The notes below the pieces were generated by a model, which had not been told where the DNA came from, made no database searches, and saw only the letters and a program-made list of their open reading frames with translations. A stretch of DNA of 64,000 nucleotides, from positions 62,001 through 126,000 of the forward strand of contig JAXLNO010000101.1 of assembly GCA_038087875.1 (NCBI GenBank). The letters run 5' to 3'. Both the position numbers and the translations under genes were made by a program. This stretch comes from Malacoraja senta. Its lineage: Eukaryota. Shown here piece by piece: positions 13,870-27,015 of this stretch (its first letter is position 1; every line of letters begins with the position of its first letter).

Positions 13870-15812
13870 AAAAGTTGGAGGCAGATTATGTCTCTTCTAT
13901 AAACAATTGGAAGATTACTTCAGATGTGGTAATTCTGAATAGTATACAAGGATTTCGAATTGAATTCAATCCAAATTATGATTTGCCTGTGCAGCATGTT
14001 CCTAGCAGAATTCTCCACTTCTTCGGCATGGACTTGAACGGCCGAGATGGCCTGTTTTCCTGCTGTAATTGTCATATGGTTTGCACAAAAAGAAGTGATG
14101 GAGGTTCAAGCTGCGTTTCAAACCCTGTATATAAAAGGTGTTATGGAAGAATCAGTCTACCAAATTCACCAATTTGTGTCAAAAATATTCCCTCGATCAA
14201 AAAAGGATGGAGGATGTGGGATTATTCTAGACTTGACAAGTCTGAATCCTTTTGTTTAATTTAAACATTTTAAAAGGGAGACATGTGCGACTGCCAAACA
14301 ACTTATTTCAGAAGCATTTCATATGGCAACTATAGAATTAAAAGATACATATTCTTCAGTATCTTAAATTTACATGGATGAACCAGTTATGGCAGTTCAA
14401 AACTTTGCCTAATGGGTTAACGTCCGCTCCCAGAATATTCACACAATTATTAAAACCAATTCTGGGGTAGCTAAGAAACCAGGGGCATGTACTAATGGCA
14501 TATTTGGATGATGTCCTGATTATAGGAAGGACAAAACAGTCAACAGAAGCATCTGTGGCAGTTGTGACATCAACTTTTGAAAGTTTGGGATTTCTAATTC
14601 ATCCAAAGAAATCAAGGTTAACACCATGTACGTCGATTGATTATTTGGGGTTCACAATTGATTCAGTCCAAATGAAAATTACTTTGTCCAGTGAAAAAAG
14701 GGTGGGGTTGATTAAAGATTGCAGTAATCTGGTAAACGAGCAAAAACCCTCAATCATACAGGTGGCTCGAGTACTGGGAAAATTAGTAGCAGCATTCCCA
14801 GCAGTCCAATTTGGGCCATTACATTATCAACAGCTGCAGAGTTAAAGAACAGGCACTGAGAATGCATGTTGGTCATTTTGATAAAACCATGCAACTCACA
14901 ACAAATGCTGTTTCTGATCTGCAGTGGTCGATTGTACATGTCTCAAGCAGTTCCAGCAAAGTGCTGATTGAACAAACCTTCAATGAAATTACAAACAGAT
15001 GCCAGTACACTAGGATGGGGTGAAACTGACTTAGCATCTAGCTGCGGAGGCAGATGCAATCAGGAAGAGTCATTGTTACTGCAGACATGGGGAGTTAACT
15101 ATTTGGAGTTTTAGGATGTTTCTATGGACTCCAATGTTATTATTCTAACACAACTAAAAGGCATGATCAATTTCAGATTGATAAACACAACAGCAATTGC
15201 CTATATTAATGATATGGATGAAATCAAGTCAGGGTCATGTGACAAAATGGCTAATCAACTTTGGACTGGGTGTATTGAAAAGAACATTTGGATTTCAGCT
15301 ATCTATCTACCAGGTAGAATGACCACGATAGCAGACACCAGGTCACGAAAGTTCCATGATAATAAGAATGAATGTTGAATCGAGAGGTATTCAATGATAT
15401 AGTAGTCAGATTTGGAATACCCGACATTGACTTGTTTGCATCTAGACTGAATCATCAGCTATCGAGATATGTCTCATGGGAAATAGATCCAGGAGCAGTG
15501 GCGATTGATTCTTTCTCGCTACATTGGAGTGGTATGTTGTCTTATATATTTCCACTTTTCTGCCTCATAAGCCAGTGTTTGCTTAAAGTCAGGCAAGATG
15601 CTGATTCAGGTGTATTGGTAATACCAGATTGGCCTACACAGCCATGGTATCCGTTGATATTAGAATTAACAACACAAATGTTGATGAAAGTCCCAAAAAG
15701 GAGTAATTTATTGCTGCACCCTGTAACAGGGAAACAACATCCATTATATGATCATTTGGATTTGTTGATTTGCAGGTTTAAGAAGGCCTTTTCTGGGGCG
15801 AGGACTGTCTGA
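13870..15812 (+). pseudogene. DIRS pol (RT, RNase H, DNA N6-adenine methyltransferase-like domain), frameshifted
   Basis: PKVGGRL start, KKDGG..IILDL, LPNGLTSAPRIFT, AYLDDVLI, YLGFTID, TDAS..GWG, WISAIYLPG..ADTRSR, DIDLFASRLNHQL and WPTQPWYP, spread over several frames. Confidence 0.9.
14021..14079 (+). mobile_element. About 60-bp 3' tail of a CR1-type LINE or SINE inserted in DIRS pol
   Basis: tcggcatggacttgaacggccgagatggcctgttttcctgctgtaattgtcatatgg is absent from DIRS copy 3 (about 46540). Its ggccga...ggcct core resembles the CR1 3' stem-loop at about 57878-57890. Confidence 0.65.
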
Positions 15813-16673
15813 GCGTACTGTGGACATGCTTACGGCAGCCTGGAGGAAGAGCACTCAAAAAACAGTACCTTTCTTATATTAAGTATGGGAAAAGTTCTGT
15901 GTACAAAAGAATGTGCAATATAGTACTGCAGATATTTCAAATGTTTAGAATTTCTGTCAAAACTCTATTATGATGAAGGTCTGAGTTGTAGTGCAATTAA
16001 GTCAGCCATAAGTGCATTGCCCTCATATTTGGTTCTGGATTCAGAAATAAACCCAATTGGGTCACACCCAATTATTTCCAGACTAATGAAAGGAATCTTT
16101 AATTCCAAACCACCGAATCATAGGTACATGACAATCTGGGATGTAAGTGTGGTACTGAAACTACTTCGTGAATGGTCAGCAAGTGTGTCTTTACCTTTGG
16201 CCAAGCTCAGGATGAAAGTATTCACGCTTATGGCATGAGTGACAGCACAACGAGTGGAAACACTTGGAAAATTACAAATAGACAGTATGGAAGTAACTGA
16301 AGACAAGGTTACATTCTATATCTATGACTTATTAAAGCAAATTAGGCCAGGTGTGACAGGATTTAAAATTATGCTAGCAGCATATCCAAATGATCCTTGT
16401 CTCTGTGTTAAGACATATTTGTTACAATGCATTGTGGTCACAAAGAATTTAAGAAATACGGAAACTGGGTTGTTAATCACACACAAGAAACCACACAAGA
16501 TAGTTTCAATACAGACTATTTCCAGATGGATAAAAGAAGTCATAACAGCAGCTGGTATTAACACTTATCCTCGCAGCCGCCGGGTGGTCCAATGAGTTGA
16601 TGTTTCAACATTTTACCATCGGCCTATTGTTAATGCGGGATTGTGTGCAGAAACTATTTTAAGTTCTGTGTAA
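15790..16673 (+). pseudogene. DIRS tyrosine recombinase, disrupted
   Basis: IGSHPIISRLMKGIFN, IWDVSVVL, TAQRV (catalytic Arg region), CLCV..L..Y-like and TISRWIK. A 74-bp deletion removes the H-x-x-R motif that copy 3 retains. Confidence 0.88.
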
Positions 16674-16841
16674 ATTCCTCTGGTTTAAAGGGGATCTGAT
16701 TAACTTCATTATTGAAATGAATTACTGCATTTGTGCTACAAATGTTATTATGAATGCATGATTGATTATTCTCGTTCCAAGTCAATCAGTGCGGTGAGAA
16801 GCCGGGATTCATCTACGGCATGAAATCACAAAGCTTTAAAA

Positions 16842-16955
16842 TCTTCACGTAGTCACTCACGTGACTCCGAAGTAAAATAGTAAGATTAAACGAGAACTTA
16901 CCTAAGTTTGAAGTTTGATCTTTATTTTATGAGGAGTTACGTAGGTGATTACGTG
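16842..16955. repeat. DIRS internal complementary region (ICR), copy 1
   Basis: Its reverse complement equals the element right end joined to the left end (...aatcttact-attt-tacttcggagtcacgtg...). Confidence 0.9.
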
Positions 16956-17057
16956 CCCGCCACGACCCTACCATCTATCATAAAGGTCAGATGGAAGTTC
17001 TTGTATTACTCGTTTTATTATGAGACTCCATGTGCGGTTCCGTATAAACTTCAAGAT

Positions 17058-19605
17058 GTCCCTTTTTCGGGTGCCCGTCAGGAGTCTCGCTGCGGCGTTT
17101 TGGACCAGTTGCAGGTGGGAGGAGATGAATGTGTGGATGATCTTTTCGAGGTCATCAAACTGGAGGAATTGTTTTATTTTAGCTATCGTCCGAAGCTGAA
17201 AGAAGCTAGCTTTTACCACGGCATTGACTTGTTTGTCAAATTTCAATGCTGAGTCAAATATCACGCCAAGGTTTTTGACGTGAGGTTTGAGTAGTGGGGT
17301 AAGGCTTCCAAGGCTGCCTGCTATCATTTTGATTGAGTCCGAGGGGCCGAGAAGGATGACCTCAGACTTACTCTCGTTTAGTTGGAGGAAGTTCTGGGCC
17401 ATCCAACACTTTATATCCTCGAGGCAGTGCGTAAGGTTAAACATATTTGATTGTTTTTTAGGTTTCAGGAGGAGATAGAGTTGTGTATCGTCTGCGTAGC
17501 AATGGAAGGAAATACCGTGCCTGTCAATGACTTGGCCTAAGGGGAGCATAGACAGGGAGAAGAGAATAGGGCCAAGGATGGAACCTTGTGGAACCCCACA
17601 GCAGAGATTAGCTGGGGACGAGAAAGAGTTGCCTATGTTAGTCGAGAAACTCCTACCTTTGAGGTAGGAGATGAACCAGCTCAGGGCAGTGCCATCAATA
17701 CCAACCCCATACCGGAGACGGTCAATTAGGATGGTGTGGTCGACAGTATCAAATGCTGCGCTGAGGTCAAGAAGGAGCAGAATTGCACAGTCGTCGGAGT
17801 CAACGGTGAGCAGATGGTCATTGTGTACCTTCATCAAGGCAGAATCTGTGCTATTTGGAGCCCTGAAACCTGATTGGAAAGTTTACAAGATGGTGTTTTG
17901 GTGAAGGTAAGATATAAGTTGACTTAATATTACCTTTTCAATGGCTTTTGAGAGGAAAGGCAGTTTAGAAATGGGTCTGTAGTTGCTTGGCAAGGTGGGG
18001 TCGAGGTTAGGATTTTTCAGGAGTGGTTGGACCATGCTTGAAGCAGGTAGGTACAGTGCCAGTGGCCGGAGAGCTGTTGAAGATGGCGAGGATGCTGGGA
18101 CCAGCTGTTGTAATGACGTCCTTTAGGAGGGCAGAGGAGCCAGTGTCGAGTGGGCAGGTAGTACGTTTCATAGTGGTGATCAGTTTTACAAGGGAGGGTA
18201 GAGTAACGGGTTGGAAACAGTCTAATTTTGAAGAGCAGACCAATGAGACAGCCAGGTCACGGGTGGGAGGGGAAATATTCGTTCTTATGTTCTTTACCTT
18301 GCTGGTGAAAAATGTGGCAAATTCCTCGCACTTAGCAGGGGACCCAGTTAGGCTGGTGCTGGTGGCAGGACAGATGATGGTGGTAAAAAGGACCTTGGAA
18401 TTTTGCGCCTTTTTGGAGATAAGGGTGGAAAAATATTTAATTCTTGCAGATGTTACTGCTTTCTGGTATTTGTGAAGATTATTTTCAGGAGTTCAAAGGA
18501 AATTTGAAGCTTATCATATTTGTTCTTCCGTTCTGATTTTCTGCATTCTCTTCTTAGGGCTCAGTTGGTATCATTGAGCCACGGCTCGCCTTTAGGCTTA
18601 GGCTTTTTCATTTTAAGAGGAGCAACAGAATCCAGGACGGAAGAGCAGGTATTATTGAATAAAGAAATTCGGTCGTCGGTACTGAGATGGGGGGTGGACG
18701 CCTCAATAGTGCAGATGTCGGGGGCGGCTATAAGAGCCTCAGAGAACGTACTGGCCGTCGTAGAGTTAACGTCGCGGTAGTAGGGAGCAGGGAGATGGGA
18801 TTTTGAGGGAGAGAGAGGCAGAGATGTATCAAATATAGTAGCACTATGATCAGACAGGCAGGCGTCAATAATATCTGTGTTACGAGTTGGGAGACCAGAC
18901 GAAAGCACTAGGTCTAGTGTATGGCCAAGCTTGTGCGTGGGTCCAGTGACTAGAGACAGATTGAAGGACTCAACCAGGTTCATAAATTCACTCACAAGAA
19001 GGTTCGTGGGACAACAAACATGAATGTTAACGTCACCAAGAATCAGGACCTGGTCAAATTTGGGCAACAAGCTAGCAATAAGATCACCAAATTGTGAGAT
19101 AAAGTCCTTATGCATCTTTGGTGGGCGATACACAAGAACAATTAAAAGCAGACAGATTAGACCAACTATGGTTAGTTTATGTTCAAAACTGGAGACGTGC
19201 TCAGTGTTCAGAAGGCGGCTGTTGAAATTCTTCTTAAACACATTGGCTGGGCCCCCACCGCGACCTGAGAGCCTGGGTGAGCTGAGAAAGTTACAGGTAT
19301 CAGGGCAGAGTTCCACGAGTGGAGCAAGATAACCAGGATTAAGCCAGGTTTCAGTGATCAGTCCAATCGACGTGCGGTGAAGAAGTCATTGAGGACGAAG
19401 GTTATATTCAGCACTTATCTCGCATTGATCAGGGCCACTTTTGCAGGGACTGCAGGTGAGTTGAGGGCCGGTAGCGGCTCCCACGCCAGCGGGCGGAGGT
19501 TCAGGGAGACGACGCGGCTGCGCTTCACACAGGGCCTGGCTGGGAGCCCGCGTGCCGACAGACCTGGGACCGGGAGGATCGATCGGAGAAAGACATACTT
19601 GGGCT
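17058..19605 (-). mobile_element. L2-clade LINE copy 1 (APE and RT pseudogene, 3' part deleted)
   Basis: APE motifs GRGGG, LVYRPP, ILGDVNIH, GHTLDLV and SDH (18561-19316). RT motifs [23 protein letters not shown] and YADDTQLY (ORF 16968-17837). Contains stops and frameshifts. Confidence 0.92.
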
Positions 19606-22600
19606 CAAACCACCTTTTGCATTTTCAAAGCTAACTACCTTTTGCATTTTGAAATCAAACCTTTTGCATTTTCAAAGCAAATAACCTTTTGCATTTCCAA
19701 ACCAAACCACCATTTTTATTTTCAATCCAAACCACCTTTTGCATTTTCAAACCAAACCACCATTTGCATTTTCAATCCAAACCTTTGCATTTTCAAACTA
19801 AACCACCATTTGCATTTTCAAACCAAATCCCATTTGCATTTTCAAACCAAACAACCATTTGCATTTTCAAACCAAACCAGCATTTGCATTTTCAAAGCAA
19901 TCCACCATTTGCATTTTCAAAGCAAACCTTCATTTGCAATTTCAAAGAAAACCTTTTGCATTTTCAATGCAAACCTTTTGCATTTCCAAAGCAAACCTTT
20001 TGCAATTTCAAACCAATCCACAATTTGCATTTTCAAACCAAACCACCATTTGCATTTTCAAACAAAATCTTTTGCATTTTGAAATCAAATGTTTTGCATT
20101 TTGAAACCAAACCTTTTTCATTTTCACTCCAAACCAAAAAGTTGCATTTTCAGACAAAACCACTATTTGCATTTTCAAACCAAACCACCATTTTGCGTTT
20201 TCAATCCAAACCATTTGATTTATCAAAGCAAATCTTTTGCATTGAAAATCAAATCTTTTGCATTTTCAAAGCTAACCTTTTGCATTTTCAAAGCAAACCT
20301 GTTGCATTTTCAAAGTAACCCACATTTTGCATTTTCAAAGCAAACCACCTTTTTTCATTTCCAAACCAAACCACCATTTGCATTTTCAAACCAAACCACC
20401 TTTTGCATTGTCAAAGCAAACTACATTTTGCATTTCCAATGCAAACCTTTTACATTTTCAAAGCAAACCACCTTTGGCATTTCCAAACCATACACCATTT
20501 GTATTTTTAACCCAAAGCACCTTTTGCATTTCAAAACAAACCACTTTTTTTGCATTTTCAAAGCAAACCTTTTGCAATTTCAAAGGAAAACTTGTGCAAT
20601 TACAAACCAAGCAAACCTTTTGCATTCTCAAACCAAACCCCCTTTTGCATTTTCAAACCAAACCACCATTTGCATTTTCAAACCAAACCACCTTTGCATT
20701 TGCAAAGCCATGCTTTTGTATTTACAAAGCAAAACCTTTCCATTTTCAAACCAAACCTCCTTTTGCATTTTCAAACCAAACCTCCATTTGCATATTGAAA
20801 CCAAACCACCATTTGCATTTTCAAACCAAACATCCTTTTCCATTTTCAAACAAAACTTTCTTTTGCATTTTCAAACCAAACCTTTTGCATTTTCAAAGCA
20901 AACCTTCTGCATTTTCAAAGCAAACCTTTTGCATTTTCATAGCAAACAACCGTTTGCATTTTCAAAGCAAACCTCCGTTTGTATTTTCAAAGCAATCCAC
21001 CTTTTGCATTTTCAAAGCAAACCAACTTTTGCATTTTGAAAACAAACCTTTTGCATTTTCAAAGCAAAATTTTGAATTATCAAGCAAACCTTTTGCATTT
21101 TCAAGCTGAACCACCTTCTGCATTTTCTAAGCAAACCATTTTGCATTTTCAAAACAAAGCACCATTTGCATTTTCAAAGCAAACCACCTTCTCCATTTTC
21201 AAAGCAAACCACCTTTCGCAATTTCAAAGCAAACCACCTTTTGCATTTTCAAACCAAACCAGCTTTTGCATTGTCAAAGCAAACCACCATTTGACTTTTC
21301 AATGTAAACCACCTTCTCCATTTTCAAAGCAAACTAACTTTTGCATTTTCAAAACAAACCTTTTGCATTTACAAAGCAAATCACATTTTGCATTTTCAAA
21401 CCAAATCTCCTTTTGCATTTTCAAACCAAACCACCTCTTGCATCTTCAAAGCAAACTACCTGTTGTATTTTCAAAGCAGACCACCTTTTGCATTGTCAAA
21501 GCAAAATTTTGAATTATCAAACACACCTTTTGCATTTTCAAACCAAACCACCTTTTGCATTTTTAAAGCAAATTAACGTTTGCATTTTCAAAGCCAACCT
21601 TTCGCATTTTCAAAGCCAACCTTTTGCATTTTCAAAGCAAACCTTTTGCATTTTCAAAGCAAACGTTTTTGTATTTTCAAAGCAAACCACCATTTGCATT
21701 TTCAAAGCAAACCACCATTTGCATTTTCAAAGCAGATCACCTTTTGCATGTTCAATGCAAAGCAACATTTTCATTTTCATAGGAAGCCACCTGTTGCATT
21801 TTCAAAGCCAACCGCCTTTTGCATTTTCAAAGCAAACCACCTTTTGCATTTTCAAAGCAAACTATCTTTTGCATTTTGAAAGCAAACCTTTTGCATTTTC
21901 AAACCAAACCACCTTTTGCATTTCCAAACCAAACAACCATTTGCATTTTCAACCCAAACCCCCTTTTGTATTTTCAAAGCAAACCACTTTTTACATTTTC
22001 AAAGCTAATCTTTTGCATTTTCAAATCAAACCTTTTGCATTTACAAATCAAACCTTTTGCATTTTCATAGCAAACCACCGTTTGCAATTTGAAAGCAAAC
22101 CACCGTTTGCATTTTCATAGCAATCCACATTTTGCATTTTCAAAGCAAATCTTTTGCATTTACAAAGCAAACCACATTTTGCATTTTCAAACCAAACCTC
22201 CGTTTTGCATTTTAAAATCCTAACCACCTTTTGCATCTTCAATGCAAACTACCTTTTGCATTTTGAAAGCAAACCTTTTGCATTTTCAAAGCAAACCACC
22301 TTTTGCATTACCAAAGAAAACCTTTTGCATTTTCAAAGCAAACCTTTTGCATTTTCAAAGCAAACCTTTTGCATTTTCAAACAAAACCTCCTTTTGCAAT
22401 TTCACTCCTATCCACCATTTGCATTTTCAAATCAAAGCTCCATTTGCATTTTCAAACCAAACCTCCTTTTGGATTTTCAAACCAAATCACCTTTTGAATT
22501 TTCAAAACAAACCACCTTTTGCAGTTTCAAAGCAAACTTTTGAATTTTCAAACACATCATGTGCATTTTCAAACCAAACCTCCTTTTGCATTTTAAAGCA

Positions 22601-25600
22601 ATCCTTTTGCATTTACAAAGCAAACCTTTTGCATTTGCAAACCAAACCACTTTTTGCATTTTCAAAACAAACCTTTTGCATTTTGAAAGCAAATCACCAT
22701 TTGTATTTTCAAACCAAACCACCTTTTCCATTTTCAAAGAAAATTTTTGAATTAACAAACAAACCTTTAGCATTTTCAAACTAACCCACCTTTTGCATTT
22801 TCAAAGCAAAATTTTGAATTATCAAACACACCTTTTGCATTTTCAAACCAAACCACCTTTTGCATTTTTAAAGCAAATTAACTTTTGCATTTTCAAAGCC
22901 AACCTTTCGCATTTTCAAAGCCAACCTTTCGCATTTTCAAAGCAAACCTTTTGAATTTTCAAAGCAAACCACCATTTGCATTTTGAAACCAAATCACCTT
23001 TTGAATTTTCAAAGCAAACCACCTTTTGCATTTTCAAAGCAAACTTTTGAATTTTCAAACACATCTTGTGCATTTTCAAACCAAACCTCCTTTTGCATTT
23101 TAAAGCAATCCTTTTGCATTTACAAAGCAAACCTTTTGCATTTTCAAACCAAATCTCCTTTTGCATTTGCAAACCAAACCACTTTTTGCATTTTCAAAAC
23201 AAACCCTTTGCATTTTCAAAGCAAATCACCTTTTGCATTTTCAAACCAAACCACCTTTTGCATTTTCAAAGAAAATTTTTGAATTACCAAACAAACCTTT
23301 TGCATTTTCAAACTAACCCACCTTTTGCATTTTCAAAGCAAAATTTTGAATTATCAAACACACCTTTTGCATTTTCAAACCAAACCACCTTTTGCATTTT
23401 TAAAGCAAATTAACTTTTGCATTTTCAAAGCCAACCTTTCGCATTTTCAAAGCCAACCTTTCGCATTTTCAAAGCAAACCTTTTGCATTTTCAAAGCAAA
23501 CGTTTTTGCATTTTCAAAGCAAACCACCATTTGCATTTTGAAACCAAACCACCTTTTGCATTTTTAAAGCAAATTAACTTTTGCATTTTCAAAGCCAACC
23601 TTTCGCATTTTCAAAGCCAACCTTTCGCATTTTCAAAGCAAACCTTTTGCATTTTCAAAGGAAACGTTTTTGCATTTTCAAAGCAAACCACCATTTGCAT
23701 TTTCAAAGCAAACCACCATTTGCATTTTCAAAGCAGATCACCTTTTGCATGTTCAATGCAAAGCAACTTTTTCATTTTCATATCAAGCCACCTGTTGCAT
23801 TTACAAAGCCAACCGCATTTGCATTTTCAAAGCAAACCGCCTTTTGCATTTGCAAAGCAAACCACCATTTGCATTTTGAAAGCAAACCACCTTTTGCATT
23901 TTCAAAGAAAACCACCTTTTGCATTTCCAAACCAAACCACCATTTGCATTTTCAAACCAAACCAACTTTTGCATTTTCAAAGCAAACTACCTTTTGCATT
24001 TTGAAAGCAAACCTTTTGCATTTTCAATCCAAACCACCTTTAGCATTTCCAAACCAAACCACCATTTGCATTTTCAACCCAAACCCCCTTTTGTTTTTCA
24101 AAGCAAACCACTTTTTACATTTTCAAAGCTCATCTTTTGCATTTTCAAATCAAACCTTTTGCATTTTCAAAGCAAACCTTTTGCATTTTCAAATCAAATC
24201 TTTTGCATTTACAAATCAAACCTTTTGCATTTTCATAGCAAACCACCGTTTGCATTTTGAAAGCAAACCACCGTTTGCATTTTCATAGCAATCCACATTT
24301 TAGATTTTCAAAGCAAATCAACTTTTGCATTTTCAAAGCAAACCTTTTGCATTTTCCAAGCAAACCTTTTGCATTTACAAAGCAAACCACCTTTTGCATT
24401 TTCAAACCAAACCTCCGTTTTGCATTTTCAATCCTAACCACCTTTTGCATCTTCAATGCAAACTACCGTTTGCATTTTGAAAGCAAACCTTTTGCATTTT
24501 CAAAGCAAACCAACTTTTGCATTACCAAAGAAAACCTTTTGCAATTTCAAAGCAAACCTTTTGCATTTTCAAAGCAAATCTTTTGCATTTTCAAACAAAA
24601 CCTCCTTTTGCAATTTCAAACCGATCCACCATTTGCATTTTCAAACCAAAGCTCCATTTGCATTTTCAAACCAAACCTCCTTTTGGATTTTCAAACCAAA
24701 TCACCTTTTCAATTTTCAAAGCAAACCACCTTTTGCATTTTCAAAGCAATCGTTTGAATGTTCAAACAAATCTTGTGCATTTTCAAACCAAACCTCCTTT
24801 TGCGTTTTAAAGCAATCATTTTGCATTTACAAAGCAAACCTTTTGCATTTTCAAAACAAATCTCCTTTTGCAATTTCAAACCAAACCACAATTTGCATTT
24901 TCAAACCAAACCACTATTTGCATTTTCAATACAAACCTCCTTTTGGATTTTCAAACCAAACCAACTTTTGCATTTTCAAAGCAAACCTTTTGCATTTTCA
25001 AACCAAAACTCCATTTGCATTTTAAAAGCAATCCTTTAGCATTTTCAAAGCATACCACCTTTTGCATTTTCAAAGCAAACTTTTGCATTTTCAAAGCAAA
25101 CCTTTTGCATTTTCAAAGCAAACATTTGCATTTTCAAACAAATCTTGTGCATTTTCAAAGCAAAATAACTTTTGCATTTTCAAAGTCAACTTTTTGCATT
25201 TTCAAAGCAAACCTTTTCCATTTTGAAACCAAACCACCTTTTGCATTTCCAAACCAATACACCATGTGTATTTTCAAACCAAACAACCATTTGCATTTTC
25301 AAAGCAATCCACCTTTTGCATATTCGAAGCTAACCACTTTTTTGCATTTTCAAAAAAACCTTTAGCATTTTCAAAGCAAAACTTTTGCATTTTCAAAGCA
25401 AACCTTTTGCATTTAAAAAAAAAAATCCTTTTGCAATTTCAAACCAAATCACCATTTGAATTTTCAAACCAAACCACTATTTGCATTTTCAAAACAAACC
25501 TCCTTTTGGATTTTCAAACCAAACAATCTTTTGCATTTTCAAAGCAAACCACCTTTGCATTTTCAAAGCAAACTTTTGAATTTTCAATCCGATCTTGTGC

Positions 25601-26974
25601 TTTTTCAAGCCAAACTTCCTTTTGCATTTTCAAAGCAATCCTTTTGCATTTTCAAAGCAATCCTTTTGCATTTTCAAAGCAAACCTTTTGCATTTTCAAG
25701 CCAAAACTCCTTTTGCATTTTAAAAGCAATCCTTTAGCATTTTCAAAGCAAACCTTTTGCATTTTCAAACCAAACCTCCTTTTGCATTTTCAAACAAAAC
25801 CACCATTTGCATTTCAAAACCAAACCACTATTTGCATTTTAAAACCAAACCTCCTTTTGCATTTTCAAACCAAACAACCATTTGCATTTTCAAAGCACAC
25901 CACCTTTTGCATTTTCAAAGCAAATTTTTGCATTTTCAAAGCAAACCTTCTGCATTTTCAAACCAAACCTCCTTTCCATTTTCAAAGAAAACCTTTTGCA
26001 TTTTCAAAGCAAACCTTTTGCATTTTCAAACAAAACCTCCTTTTGCATTTTCAAACTAAACCAACATTTGCATTTCCAAACCAAACCACCATTTGCATTT
26101 TCAAACCAAACCTCCTTTTGCATTATGAAACCAAACTTCCATTTGCATTTTCAAAGCAAACCTTTTGCATTTTCAAAGCTAACCTTTTGCATTTTCAATG
26201 AAAACCTTTTTGCAATTTGAAAGCAAACCACCATTTGCATTTTCAAAGCAAACCACCTTTTGCATTTGCAAAGCAAACCACCTTTTGCATTTTCAAAGCA
26301 AACCATCATTTGCATTTACAAAGCAAACCCTTTGCATTTTCAAAGGAAACCACCTTTTGCATTTTCAAAGCAAACCACTTTTTGCAATTTCAAAGCAAAC
26401 CACCATTTGCATTTTCAAAGCAAACCATCTTTTGCATGTTCAAAGCAAACCAAATGTAGCATTTTCAAAGTAAACCTTTTGTATTTTCAAAGTAAACCTT
26501 TTGCATTTTCAAACCAAACCACCTTTTGCATATCCAAACCCAACCACCTTTTGCATTTTCAAACCAAACCAACTGTTACATTTTCAAAGCAAATTGCCTT
26601 TTGCATTTTGAAAGCAAACCTTTTGCATTTTCAAAGCAAACCACCTTTTCCATTTCGAAACCAAACCACCATTTGTATTATCCACCCAAACCACCATTTG
26701 CATTTTCAAACCAAACCACCATTTGCATTTTCAAACCAAACCACCATTTGCATTTTCATAGCAAACCTTCATTTGCATTTTGAAACCAAACCTTTTGCAT
26801 TTTCCAAGCAAAACTTTTGCATTTTTAAAGCAAATCGTTTGCATTATCAAAGCAAACCCTTTGCATTTTCAAAGCAAACCTTTTCCATTTTCTAGGCAAA
26901 CCTTTTGAATTTTCAAACCAAACCACCTTTTGCATTTCCAAACCAAACCACCATTTGCATTTTCAAACCAAACC
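19606..26974. repeat. Satellite array block 2
   Basis: Same monomers and orientation. The start matches the flank after L2 copy 2 and the end matches the flank before 12451. Confidence 0.98.
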
Positions 26975-27015
26975 GTCAAGTCAAGTCAAGTCACATTTAT
27001 TTATATAGCACATTT
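26975..27015 (-). mobile_element. Extreme 3' tail of L2 LINE copy 2
   Basis: Identical to 12451-12491, with the same satellite junction. Confidence 0.85.

Larger units (their letters stand above)
12488..17027 (+). mobile_element. DIRS1-like tyrosine-recombinase retrotransposon copy 1 (decayed, right terminus deleted)
   Basis: Left end attttacttcggagtcacgtgag. Fragments of gag, RT (YLDD), RNase H, methyltransferase-like and YR domains occur in order, followed by an internal complementary region at 16842-16955. Colinear with copies 2 and 3. Confidence 0.93.

Noticed and set aside
12488..17027. RT plus methyltransferase plus recombinase as a novel prokaryotic-type defence or retron system
   Set aside because: Domain order, ITRs and ICR are those of known DIRS1-like retrotransposons, and all copies are pseudogenised.
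16968..17057. L2 RT ORF with a novel C-terminus reading into DIRS
   Set aside because: It is an accidental read-through created by the deletion junction, and the upstream ORF is already broken.
19600..19612. CAAACC as a 6-bp target-site duplication of the L2
   Set aside because: It is compatible with both junctions, but the hexamer occurs in nearly every monomer, so it is uninformative.
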